A stretch of 59,512 bases of DNA from Cercozoa sp. M6MM (taxonomy: Eukaryota > Protista > Endomyxa: Ascetosporea). Position numbers and translations under genes: made by a program. Below the pieces are notes generated by a model. The model was not told the origin of the DNA, ran no database searches, and worked only from the letters and a program-made list of their open reading frames with translations. Positions 16,880 to 35,713 of the stretch are shown here, one piece after another. Positions within the stretch are counted from its first letter, which is position 1. Each line of letters starts with the position of its first letter. The stretch lies in assembly GCA_040357565.1 (NCBI GenBank), contig JBDODJ010000069.1, one strand, 5' to 3'.

Positions 16880-17472
16880 GACTTATTTGATCTGCTTGAC
16901 CCCCCATAGTGAGCAGGACATGAGACACTTCTTCAAGCACCACCGATTCTTGCAGGCGAGTGACTACACGAGTCTTGACAGTGAGTACGCCTCGGGCAAG
17001 GTCGACCTGGACGACATCGGTACCTGGGACGGTCGCGACGCCAACGAGGACACAGGCATGCCGGTTGTGCCGCACACGAGCGACTGGTACGCCGCACTGC
17101 GCGTGGCCGAACTCTTCTTCGAGCGAGAGGGTAACTTCCTCCTCCCCTGCCCTTGCCCTGTACCCTCCGGTACCCTACACCTGCTGTACAGGCCGGCTGC
17201 CAGGCAGCGAGGATGCCAAGTACCAGGAAGACCTGAAGAAGGTCAGTGCGTTGGCACGTGAGTGCAGTCAACATTGGGACTGCGAGGTCAGCGACGACTG
17301 CGTCCGCGAACTCTGTCGCTACGGTGGCGCGCAGTTGCACAACATCGGCGCGCTGCTGGGCGGTGTCACCTCGCAGGCGGCGCTCAAGCTCGTCACACGG
17401 CAGTACATCCCACTCAACAACTGCTTCCTCTTCAACGGCATCCACGGCATCGCCGCCACACTGCGACTCTAG
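15015..17472 (+). CDS. NAE1: NEDD8-activating enzyme E1 regulatory subunit (APPBP1/ULA1/AXR1)
   Basis: KYDRQIRLWG, SETLKNLVLP, EHTVIESH, HAHVP, and C-terminal RYGGAQLHNIGALLGGVTSQAALKLVTRQYIPLNN. Start codon approximate. Confidence 0.92.
16775..16878. repeat. (CA)n intronic microsatellite with a 10-N assembly gap (16822-16831)
   Basis: Directly visible. Confidence 0.95.
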
Positions 17473-17533
17473 TGTCGCGTACGCGTAGTAGTTTCAGTTC
17501 GGTTAAGGCAATACGTCGCGTCCTACGATACGA

Positions 17534-18300
17534 TCATTCATTTGATTTCGGCCGAGCGTTCAGTTCCGTCAAAACACACGTGCGTACACCGGCGGATCGC
17601 CGCAGGAGATACAAGCAGATTAAGGTTTTATTCACATTTCCATCGCCGTCGAGGCACTTGGGTTGTCGGCGTTCTCTGCATGCCCGTGTATAAAACATAG
17701 ACTGACGCGCTTGCATTCAACACTGGCCAATGCGGCATACTGGAGATCGGCGGCAGGCAAGGTAGCTTGGTGCAATCGCACGGTGTGTATCCTTGTGGCT
17801 CGTCTGCATCATCGCCATGTGCATTTGTTGGCATACAACCTCATCATATACTACTGGCAGAGTAAATGCATAAGGTGGGTAATGTACCGAGACAGCCGCC
17901 TGGCCCAGTGCACATGTAGCAGCACACACCACACTCAAGGGTGAACAAACAACACTCGTAACCCGACAGCGTCAGTGCCTGCTGAGGTCCGTATCTACCC
18001 AACCAAAAAAAAAGAGTTGTATCGATAATAACTGGTATCGATACTTGTACAAGCAGAGTACCTGCCATATGCCGAGCTTTTCTCGCCTCTGACTGGCATA
18101 ATGATAAAACTGTAACTGTTTTAAGCACAAGTAGCACAGCAGGCCACCTGCAATTTTGGCATCGATGATCACGTGCAACAAGGTGTGATAGATGATCTCT
18201 ATCGACTGGGACCACTGAAACCAGTGCGTTAGTTCAGCTCAGCATTCGGTTAGTGCAATAAGTTACATATGCTACGAGTTGCTACGATAGTAGCTGGATA
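17534..18300 (-). CDS. Possible small spliced hypothetical gene or spliced non-coding transcript
   Basis: Five successive GT..AG intervals, one with two ACTAAC branch-like motifs, can be joined into one open frame (LVPVDRDH...SYSFIIMP...RYGPQQAL...ERRQPKCLDG...). No homology recognised. Confidence 0.3.
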
Positions 18301-18470
18301 CAAGTACGTACCTAAAACTTACATGCCAGTGATGCGCCTATATGGCGCCGCGTGGGAGCAGTTGCCACACAAACTGAGGTTCACTTCTGGAAGGGTTCAA
18401 CCCGGCGGTTTCACTCCAGTCAGTTTGCACTTTGATTATGCAGGACTCGACCGCGTTCGGATCGGTGAAT

Positions 18471-21348
<2,878 letters not shown>

Positions 21349-21641
21349 TAAAAAGGAGCTTATGTCTAAAGTTACAAACAATTGCAAGGCACACACGTGC
21401 GCATGCTTACACATGCGTAGCAGTGGATTCTTCAATATCAATTTTGGTTAAGTGGGCTTGGCACTGCACTATTGTTCTGGGTTTCTGCCTCAAGCGCACA
21501 CTAGGTTCGCTGTTAGAGTAGGCATTTAACACGGTAAAGCATTCAAGAGCTTTTTTCGCGTTGCGCTGTTGCGAAAACCCCCAATAAATGTCACCTTCCG
21601 ATCGTCACGAGGTTTTTCTTTCTGCTTCTAGAAACACAACC

Positions 21642-22701
21642 ATGTCCGTGCCGGAGGGAACACCAGAGTTCGCCAAGGAGGTTGCTGGTTGCGCGCCGCA
21701 GTATGTGCAGAACATTGGTACCCGCAACACGGCGCTCAAGTAGAAAAGTTTGACACAACTCATCTGCGCAGGCAAGATTTTGTACACGCGTGCCATGATT
21801 GAAGAGAAGGTGCAGTTTCTGTGCGTGCTTTCGTGTTTGTGTACATTGTTAGTGTGTGTGTGTGTTTGTGTTGTCTTAGGTTGCCGAGCTCGGCGCTACA
21901 CTGTCGCACGAGTACAAGGACAAGGACGGCATTGTTCTGGTCGGTCTGCTCAAGGGTGTGACGCCTTTCATGGTCGACTTGGCGCGCACGCTTTCGGTGC
22001 CGGTGCAACTCGAGTTCATGGGCGTCAAGAGCTAGTACTTTTGCCTTCTGTGCGTCTGTTGCCCTTAACGGTCATTAAATGGCAGCGATGGCACGGAGAG
22101 CACGGGCGATGTTCGCATTCTGTAGGGCGAACCCTTTAGTCTCTGCCCCTTGACACTGTATCTCTTCACTCTCTTTAGGTACGACGTGCAGACCGATCTG
22201 GAGGGCAAGAATGTTATTCTCATTGATGACATCTGCGATACGGTATCTCTTTATTATGTGAGCCCCCCCCCTCTGTGTCGATACTACTACCCCCAGGGTC
22301 ACACGCTCGTGGCTGTCAAGCAGCGCCTAATTGAGAAGAAGTGCTCCGTTTTTTGCCTTCCCTTTTGCTTATTCCCTGTTACCCCCCCCCCCCCCCGTAG
22401 CCCCGCGTCGCTGCGTACGTGTGTGCTGTTCGACAAGAAGGAGCGTCGCGTGCACGACGATGTTCAGTGCGACTTTGTCGGCTTTGACTGCCCCGTACTT
22501 TCTTATTTCCTTGTGTGCCGCTCCTTTTTTGTCTAACGACAATCTCGACTGGGTAGAACGAGTTCATCGTGGGCTATGGCCTCGACTTTGATGAGGTGAG
22601 CCACTGTTTCTCTCCCCTCTCCCTTATTGACCTGTTGGGTACTGCAGGAGTACCGCACGCTGCCTTTCGTGGGTGTTCTGAAGCCGTCGGCCTACAGATA
22701 A
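21642..22701 (+). CDS. HPRT: Hypoxanthine(-guanine) phosphoribosyltransferase, 9 exons
   Basis: VGLLKGVTPFMVDLAR, loop II KSYDGTESTG, PRPP motif VILIDDICDTGHTL, NEFIVGYGLDFDEEYRTLPFVG. Complete in-frame splice model. Confidence 0.95.
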
Positions 22702-22780
22702 CTCCGACCATTCGTCGTGCCCTGTCACACGCTGAGTCAGCGACGGACGTGAATCAGTGTTGCAATCGCGCGCTTCTAAT

Positions 22781-22860
22781 GAGTTGAGTCTGATAGGAAA
22801 CCAACTAAGTAGCTCCCCCGGCCTGCACCAGTCTGGGGTGGGTCACAAGAGCATGGTCAT
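22781..22860 (-). mobile_element. Retroelement 3'-end family, copy B
   Basis: gagttgagtc..taggaaaccaact..gtagctcccc..ccagtctggggtgggtcacaagagcatgg; the last 29 nt are identical in copy D. Confidence 0.65.
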
Positions 22861-23194
22861 CCACGAAAAGGCAGTTACCCTGTGTTTGGTAGAGCGGCGA
22901 GCAGCTCGAAACTGCTTCAAGAATTGGGTTCAATTGACACCACCACGTCTCGCAAGTTGCTACTATATCGGTGTATCCCAGTCAGTGTTTCCAACCATAG
23001 ATTTAAACTAGATTTAAAACACAATCTCGAAACTGTGCTACAGAACCGCCATTGACTCGGGCAGATGAGTGTTCTCGTTTGTAGCACAGCGTTCTCGTCA
23101 GTACAACACGTCTCAGAGAGACTCTCAGCCTAGGTTCCTGGAAAGCAGTCCGAATCAGTCCGAGCGTCAGCGTGTGTGAAAATGAACCGGTCAA

Positions 23195-23467
23195 GCCCGA
23201 CCGTCGGACAAATGAGTGTGAAACCCAAGGTTTGACGCGCTTAAAGCACCAGAAGACTTAAAACTTGTCGCGAACAAACCAGTGACTGTCCATGAAAATC
23301 CTCTTCACGTCTTTGAGTTTTTTGTCCACCGCGCCAACGACTTGGTTGTTGTTTTTGGCTTTGAGTTTTTCACCCGTGGCAGCGACTTCAAGTTCATATA
23401 CCGTCGCCCGAAGCGACCTGCCGGTAGCCCAACAAATATACTCCTTTACCATAGTTAAAATGACTCA
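23195..23467 (-). mobile_element. Intronless coding relic similar to 40590-40790, probable transposon fragment
   Basis: Peptide TMVKEY...RATV...AATGEKLK aligns with TLVKVY...RADTV...AATASKLK at 40650; both are followed by ATTTGTCCGACG. Confidence 0.35.
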
Positions 23468-23537
23468 ATAACTAGTGTGTCGGTATGACACACGGTTTGC
23501 TTTGGCTTGCAGCCTGGAACCTACGTGCACTGCCCGT

Positions 23538-25435
23538 ATGGAGGAGGAAATCACGCGCAAGGCTACGCCGACATTGTTTCGACGGCACGAACGGTGGCGG
23601 ATGCGAGTCCCCGTGCTAGCACTGACGACTCATCAGTTAAAGTACCGTTGCAGCAGTACTCATCCTTGCCTCACATGCCTTTGTGTAAACTTATTGTATG
23701 TATGCTCTGTGTTGAAGCCGAAGGCATCGCCTCATGAATCTTCTGCTCTTGACTCTAGGGCTAACACTTCAAAGCCAGAACATAACGTCGATCCCGATGC
23801 GTCAGTACTCCCACAAGGACGTTGCAAGTGGCCGGCTCGCCATTGTGTCTCGCAGGGTTCAGGCTGCGATTGCCATGGTGTGCTCATGGGCATACTGCCG
23901 CAACTTGCTGCATTGGCAGCAAACGCGCGGACTCCAGCAGTCGCTCCCGCAGGTAAGTAATCCTATAACTTGATACTTTAAGAAAACATCAACTTGCACC
24001 ATGAACTGGTGTACATTTGATTCGAAGCCGAAGCAAGAGACGCAACAGCTACTGCGCTCACTATGGATTCTTTCGCCCAAACGGACACTCCAATGACCCC
24101 GAAATCGGAGACCCAGAGATCGGACAGTGAACATGCCGAACACGAGACTCACTCGAATCCTATGGCCACGCACAAGGGCTCCGACTCGATCTCTTTCACC
24201 GGTACCCACATCTTCACTTGACTTGACTGTTTTTTGTACGCGTTTGCTTCCTGCGCAGAGTTCATGGTCGATACTGCAGTACCACACGAAACGGACAAAA
24301 CAGAGGCAAACGGCGCCGACGATGTGCAGACAGAGGGTATTCTGCGTCATTCAGATGGTTTTGCAGACAAAACAGAGGCAAACGCCCCCACTCCGAAACG
24401 TCGCCGACGGAAGAAGCCGCGCTCTGGCAAAACTGACTTGCCCGAGTTGGTGGCGAGCCGAGGTGTAGAAAACGAGGAGGCCAAGTCGCCTACGTGTTCG
24501 AGCCGAAGCAAAAGGCTGAGGAATGCTGTGTTAATGTATGCGTCTATCTTCACCTCTTCTTTGTAAGTTTAGATGCCATATGCCGTTCAGGTCGTTCACT
24601 GGCTGGAAAGAAACAATGCATGGGTTTCTTGGGAGATGTTCTGCGCGTGCCTTGGATCCACGTTCAAATGCCTGGGATAAACTCTGGTAAGTCTACCTTC
24701 CTTCTTTCCAAAGAAAATGAAGGACAAATCTAAAAAGATGACCGTATGCCGGACAGTCGGTGCAGCAGCGAACTGAGAGCGAAGTGTGGGGCACGATTTG
24801 GCCTTGTTGGTATGTCCAGTTTAGCTGACTTGGAGTTAGACCTGGAGTCATCTTTGTGCAAAGACATGAGCAACTGCTACTCTTGGATATGGGCGATGTG
24901 GAGCTTGATTTCTGCGATTGTGCTTGGTGCACTGGCGGGGCTTCTGCATGTGTTGTTTGCTAACATGATGTCAAGCCTGTCGTTCCCAGTCACGTTGTGT
25001 GACGTGAATCAAAACAGCTCATGCGAGCTTGAGGTAATACGGCCGTAATTAGGACATACTTTTGTTTTTCGAACGAGGATAGAGGGCATGTGAATTCGCG
25101 TCAGGTGTGGTGGGCAGGCGTCCGCGTGTTTGTTGTTGTGGTTCAAAGCATCATCCTGAACTCCTTGTCACTGAAACTTGACCTTCTGCTGCTGCGCGGT
25201 GACCACGCAAAAGTGCGTTTTTCTGTAGTAGTTTATCCTCCTTTGCTTTCGATTGTACATTCGCCATGTAGGCACTCACGCAAGCCCTTAAACCCAAAAG
25301 GGGATTCAAGAAACCCGGTATCGACACATATCAAGTGTTCGGCTTCAAATCTTGCAGATACGTTTCTACGTGGGATCTTGTAGCCGATGCTTCCGCGATG
25401 CTAAGCGCCAATAAATGCCTATCAACACTAAAGGT

Positions 25436-25499
<64 letters not shown>

Positions 25500-27115
25500 G
25501 TATTCCCCATCAGGAAGTGCTGGTGAAAAACCGCTCGCTCTTCAATCGTTTTGGACTGCAAAACTCTATAATCTGCGGATTCCTCGGAGCCTTCGCAATG
25601 TATCGCAACACGCGAATGGAACCTGTAAGTTGGTGCTTGACTTTGGGGAATAACCTTGCAATGCAAGAAGGTACTGTAATCATCTGGCGCGTAGGAACTA
25701 TCGATACTAACACTCGACGATCTTCCACGCAGCCTTCTCCTTCCCACGGAGTATGCATTGTCTGCAATGCTGCTAAGCCTTGTCGCGACAGAGGGAGCGG
25801 TAAGCAACCAATGATCCGTCGACAAATCAATACTATGAATTGATTTCTTTGCAGGCACTTGCTGACAATTTACATGGACCACTCGGCGAATGGCGTTTGC
25901 GGAGACAGTAAATTGGAACACTATCAAACAATATTAGCTTCTGTGTTTGTTCTAATCAATCGTTCAATCAATAGCGATCCGGATGAGTTGAAACGAAGAC
26001 TGCGTTGCTTGGACAAGCAGTGGTTTCACCGTTCCCGAGCTACGACTCCTCAAGAAACCAAACCATTCGAATGGTTTGCAACCAATGATGTAAACTTAAG
26101 TTGGCTGTCTCGAATGTACTGTACACTGTGTATTTTTCATTCTTGCCTTTCTTGGCAGAGTCACCTGTATACCTCCGTCGCCTTTGCATTTTTCGAAACG
26201 ACGATGGCCTACTTTTTCGCAGATTCGTGGGTACGCACGTGGCTGATCATTGTAGCCAACGGTAACTGCGTTGTGGACCTGTGGAACATTAACTGGTGTT
26301 TAGTTACAGTACAACTGCAACCTTTTTCTAGAACTCGGCAACGAATATGCAACTGATTCTGCCGCCCTTTTCTTGGGTACCGCTGACCTTCATGCCGCTG
26401 GCACTTGTCAAGTTAATGCGCTTGTGTCGGTAAATCTCAGGTGCCTTCGTCCCGTTCGTCACTCGAGTGTTGCTCTACATGGTCGCTCGATTCGTGATAT
26501 TCGCCCTGTTTAAACTGCGCTATGGTGTGTTGTTCTGTATCAGACTGTGACGGTATCCTGTACGAATGATTCTCACCTACATGCATGTGCAGTTGGCGCC
26601 TTGTCAGCAAAGTGTCGGGCTGTCGCAAAGCACGCATTCCTTCTCTCTATTCGCGTTCAGGTAGTGTTTAATCATACATGGATGAAGCGCGCAGTACCCC
26701 ATTCACCTCTATTTTCACTGATACATAGCTCGCACAAGTTACGGCCGACTTTTTGTAAGCTGCTTTTGTCAACGTCATAACATGGACAATATTCCCGTCA
26801 GCACTGTCTGCAGGCTTGGACTTATGCGTCGCTGGTGGCTAGAGGGCAATATGACACGAACTTCGTCAGTTTAGCCATACAAGATAAAATTTACGGAAAG
26901 TGTCCTAATTTGTCGTATGTGAGCAGGCACTCTATTCGCCCTATTCTGCCGTCTGCACAGCTGATGATGCAGTTTGGTACCACAAGCAACAACTTGAACC
27001 ATAAGGTGGGAGAATATGCTAACGGTATCTAAATACAGCGACCCCATTGCTCTTGGCGACAATGCTGGGACAGGCGAGCATGCATGCGGCTGAGCTACCG
27101 AATAAGAAACAATGA
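23538..27115 (+). CDS. Hypothetical multi-pass membrane protein with a disordered N-terminus
   Basis: Chain of exons joinable in frame (one junction near 25910-25975 unresolved). Basic KRRRRKK patch; hydrophobic segments WAMWSLISAIVLGALAGLLHVLF, VRVFVVVVQSIIL, RVLLYMVARFVIFALF. Ends ...ELPNKKQ*. Confidence 0.55.
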
Positions 27116-27589
27116 CGGTATAGTGCTTAGTATGTCTAAAATTAGAGTACAGACTGCTGACTACTGTATTTTGTAGTGATTGTCAAATCACTCACTCAGT
27201 TGCCTCTCGTGCAGATCTGTAATTTTCATGTGTGCTGTCTATGTCTGTCCATTTCAGTAAGTAAACTTAGAGAATATGTCTGTCCATTGGTCGTCGTTTT
27301 GGAAAACGTCTAATTTAGACATATTGAGGTTCTTTTCCTAAATATAAATGCCTTAAATGAATGGACTGCGCCGTTCCATCGTGCCGTGTGCTCAGTTCGT
27401 TTACAATAAATACATTTACCAACGGTTTCGTCGCACCGTGTTGTCTCATCTGCCCTTAAACCTGTCAAACTCAGACCCTGCCAAGTTGCGACTGGCACGT
27501 GCTGGTTCGGATTTTCCTTCAGCCCAAAACAACCGTTCAGTGTGTCCTCGGTCTTTTAATCGTATGGCTTCATTCGGAACTCAAAACAG

Positions 27590-29752
27590 AAGCTGTTGCG
27601 ACGACGCTCCCTTCTGCGACCAGCGTGCTCCCTTCCGTGCGGGCGCATTCAAGTACCAAATTGTCAGCTTCGCACCAGGAGCGGACACTTGTTTTACGTT
27701 TCTTGTGTTTTTAATTTAGTATCCTGTTCCATGCGGAACTGATCCAGTCCTCTTAGACCCACGGACCTCTATTTACACTTCACGATTTACACCCAGAGCA
27801 CCAACTTGGCAAGGGATTGATGCAGCCGCACTCGCAGAATCTTCAACAGCACCAACAACAGCAGCAACAGCAGCAACAACAGCAGCACCAACATCAGCAG
27901 CAGCAGGGGTCTGAGCAGCAGCAGCAACAGCAAAGACTCCGACGACAGCCGGCCAACAATGCGTGGACAGTGGGTTCGCGCCGTCACCGCCTTGTATCAC
28001 GCTTTTCGAATCGAGAGCGCCCACTACACCATTCACCGTCCAGGGTACCCATACGACACCGATATTCTGTGTGAAGCACGTGTGTCGCATGTAGAGTCTG
28101 AGCGGAACGTCAGCCACTGTGCGCAAGATCATGCAGCGGGCCTTCCTCTCTCGGCCAGCGATTGCGGCGTCACGGCGGCCGACTGGACTTTTTGATTTGG
28201 ACACGACGTACTTTTCTGCGTTGCTTCACTTGTTTTGTCTCAAAATCGTATATAAATTTAGCGCCATGACGACGCCATTGACGGGCACGCCAATTCCAGT
28301 TGGTCTCATGCACGAGACGCCCTCGATCGTCTCAGCGCAAGTGGCCGCCAAACAGAGCCTCCTTACTTCGCACCAGCACCTACCCTTCTCTGTTTCTCAT
28401 GTACAGGTAAACGACCTTGTCCTTGTGCCCTATTTCATTAAATAAAAGCGGTATCACTGCAATATCCATATCGATACCTTGCAGAGATCTGTGCCAGCTC
28501 AACTGCTGTCTCAGCCGCTTCCAGGACAAGCACACCTTCCCCAAACTCACACACAACAACAGCAGCGGGAACAACCGCAGCTATCGCCAACACTCAGCGC
28601 AGATGACAGCGCTCCGGACGCGGCATTGACTGGCGGCAGTGGCGACAGTGGGATTTGTCCGTTTGCTGCGCGGAAAAACCTTCGCAAACGTCAAGCAGAA
28701 CGCATTAAACGGTCCTCAACCATTCATCTACATGCAAATCTGTGGAGATACTTAACACAAGCGTGCTCGCAGATTGTCGACGATCGAAACAGCGCCAGGT
28801 CCGAAGCGTGCACGTGCCGCAGAACTGCGGGAACTATGCAGCCCCGTGCCAAAAAAGAAGCGACAAAAGAAGAAAAAGCTAACCAAACCGAAGAAATTCG
28901 ACGGAACGGAAGCGTCTCCAAACAGCAAGACCAACAACAGCAAGAAGAATCTTGACGAGATGAAGTCGCAACCGGTGTCGGCAGGAACACCAAAGAAAAA
29001 ACGCGTCAACGAGAAGAACCCGGTCGCAACACAAGCTAGAGACATCGACGTCCTTGATGCGACTCTTCGCACCTTCGGTAGTGGAAGTAAGAGCAGTGTT
29101 GACCTCGACAACGAACAAGGGACGCTGGTAGAAGAGGAGGACGTTATGACGCACTTTATCTTCCAATCGGAGTACGATACGCCTCCAGCCGTGCACTCGC
29201 CTCTGCCGCCCTTGCAATACTACTCGTCGGTTGACAGCTCACTTCGCGAACTTCGCGACCAAGTCCGGGTACCCGTAACCAACTTATGTTTGGTACCTGC
29301 ACTTCCCGCTTGTTTTTTCTTGAGTATCCCATCCGCTGTTTTCTTTTGAGACTGGGTAGATGCTGCCGACATTTTCATCGCTGTTGGGCTTTGACGTCCA
29401 CGACGCTGACAGTGTGTTGGATGAAACCGTGTGTGACTCGCTCGACAACAGCTTTGGCGAAGACAGCTGGAGCTTCCAAAATGACAACCTCCAGAACTGT
29501 TTGGATTCTTTCGAGCCCATTGACCACAGGTATGTCAACACAGACTCCTTAAAGACAGTATTCGCCAAATCAAACACTGTACATGTTGCTTCGCGCTCGG
29601 ACACAGCGGGGACTCCTTCGACGCAGCTCTTCAAACACAGTTGTCTCCGCGCAGCAGTCATGTATAGCATATTTGCAACCCCTCCCGTTTTCGCTCACTT
29701 ATCTCAATATACTGTATCGTAGGAACGTGTTCACCGGCAGCATCAGATGTAA
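27590..29752 (+). CDS. Hypothetical low-complexity, probably nuclear protein (polyQ, basic NLS-like, acidic C-terminus); start uncertain
   Basis: CAG/CAA polyQ at 27844-27933, PKKKRQKKKKL, TPKKKRV, acidic tail. Exons bounded by GT/AG. Confidence 0.55.
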
Positions 29753-29849
29753 GAAAACGCTGCTGCTTTGATAGTTGCGACGACTGAAAGCACTTCTTGC
29801 ACCGCGATATTAAAGTCAGAGTATCGAGACGGATCAACGTGACCAAAGT

Positions 29850-30110
29850 CTGAGTAAGTAAGTAAACTAAATTTTACAGTCCGGCAGTGTCAAAACGGGC
29901 CTGGGAACACCTTGATGTGCATCTCTCTGCCTGGGTCTTCTAGTCCGGTTTAGCAGCCTGGCGCGGTCCGACATCAGTCCACATTTCCATTCGCGGCCGG
30001 TTTGGTCGCGTTTCGTACAGCGCGTTGCAGTCGGTCGCGTCGACGTGCTACTGGAGCGAGGAAGAACCTGACCAGTAGACGAGGAGAAACTGAACTTACG
30101 CTTATCGTAG
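29850..30110 (-). mobile_element. Possible retroposed fragment with a (TTAC)n tail
   Basis: Minus strand ends ...aatttagtttacttacttactca and abuts copy C. No protein homology seen. Confidence 0.25.
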
Positions 30111-30410
30111 AGTTAGTTAGTTATGTCTATTAAGAGACCAACTATGTAGGTCCCCACCAGTCCTGGGGTGGACCACACGCCCATAGCCGTAGTCCGACCA
30201 CTTAAATTTAGTGTGGAGCCATCCAACCTTCCTATTGAAGATCCTCAGGATATCTTCTTCAAGGTTGGTACAGGTGGCGGGCTGAGAGTAGCAGAAGCCG
30301 TTGGCGTCGGCAGCTCGTCGTCTCATTTTTGTCCGTCGCGTCGTCTCGTCGCCTGTCACTCCTCTCATGCGCCACTCAGTTGGTTTGGCGTCTGCCATCA
30401 GTTCCTTTGA
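30111..30410 (-). mobile_element. Retroelement 3' fragment, copy C
   Basis: (AACT)n tail on minus, agaccaactatgtagg-ccccaccagtcctggggtgg hairpin. ORF end LRIFNRKVGWLHTKFKWS resembles the copy D ORF LSRFLCNRLGSFKFKYS. Confidence 0.55.
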
Positions 30411-30464
30411 CTCACATTCTATCAGTCGGTGATAGGTGTCGTATTTCTTCGTTCTGCATCATTG

Positions 30465-30985
30465 GTAGTTAGTTAGTTGAGTCTCTAGGAAACCAACTTT
30501 GTAGTTCCCCTGCGCCAGTCTGGGGTGGGTCACAAGAGCATGGCCGTGGCTACCGCCCGCTTTGAGTAGAACCATAAAACTCCCTTTTGACGCAGATGGC
30601 GTCGGGTCGTCCCGTCGTCGTCCTCCCCTCTCTCCACTCGATAACTATACTTAAACTTGAAGCTTCCAAGTCTGTTGCAGAGGAATCTTGAAAGTGTGCG
30701 GATGTCTGCGATGCTGAGTTTGCGCTCTTTGGCTATTCTTGATATGTTTCCAAGGGTTTCTGGTGTGCCATCCCGTGCTGCCAATTTTGTGCCACCAGAG
30801 TGCGATGCCGTGTCGAGCGCATGACGGTATCCCCCTGCTTTCTAGATCTGTACCGCTAGGTATTGTGTGAGTCCAGACCTTGTGTATATCAGTCTTTTCA
30901 GCGTGACTCGTATGACAAGTTTCCGTCTATGAGGAGACCTAGGATTCTCATTTTGTCTACTTGCTGAACCAAACAGTGCGACGCG
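30465..30985 (-). mobile_element. 5'-truncated, degenerate non-LTR (LINE-like) retrotransposon, copy D
   Basis: Minus strand encodes VQQVDKMRILGLLIDGNLSYESR (RT thumb motif xxLGxxID..L.F/Y). After a frameshift: LKRL....SGL....AVQI*KA, then GTPETLGNI (degenerate knuckle). Ends in an (AACT)n tail. Confidence 0.65.
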
Positions 30986-31094
30986 ACACGTGTACGGAGG
31001 ACAAGCAAGGCAGGAACTAAACGTACTGTAACTTAGGATTGTAGAACGGTAAGACTACGATATGGCGATTCAGCCGGCCTGAGTGTCGATGGCG

Positions 31095-35450
<4,356 letters not shown>

Positions 35451-35713
35451 CGATAAGAATAATATGTCGATCTCTTCTGAGCGATTGATTTCTGCCAGCA
35501 GGTGTAGGACACACGCGCACTGCGCTCGAAAGCACGAGAAGTCTCAAGAACGAGGGGCTGAAGTCACTACTCAGTGGGTAAGAGAAACGTCCCAAAATAG
35601 TGATCAGAGTGATCAACTTTGTTGGTCTTTGTTGGGTACGATCAGATAACGGAACGCGGGAAACAAATCTAATGCCAGCCGGGGCGCTTTCGAGTTCCAC
35701 CGAGTAGGCGCAC

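Noticed and set aside
23953-24065. Apparent in-frame TGA (24018-24020) suggesting readthrough, selenocysteine or a recoded stop
   Set aside because: Using the acceptor at 24048 (caacag) removes it within a 96-nt intron and restores frame. Conserved genes use TGA, TAA and TAG as ordinary stops.
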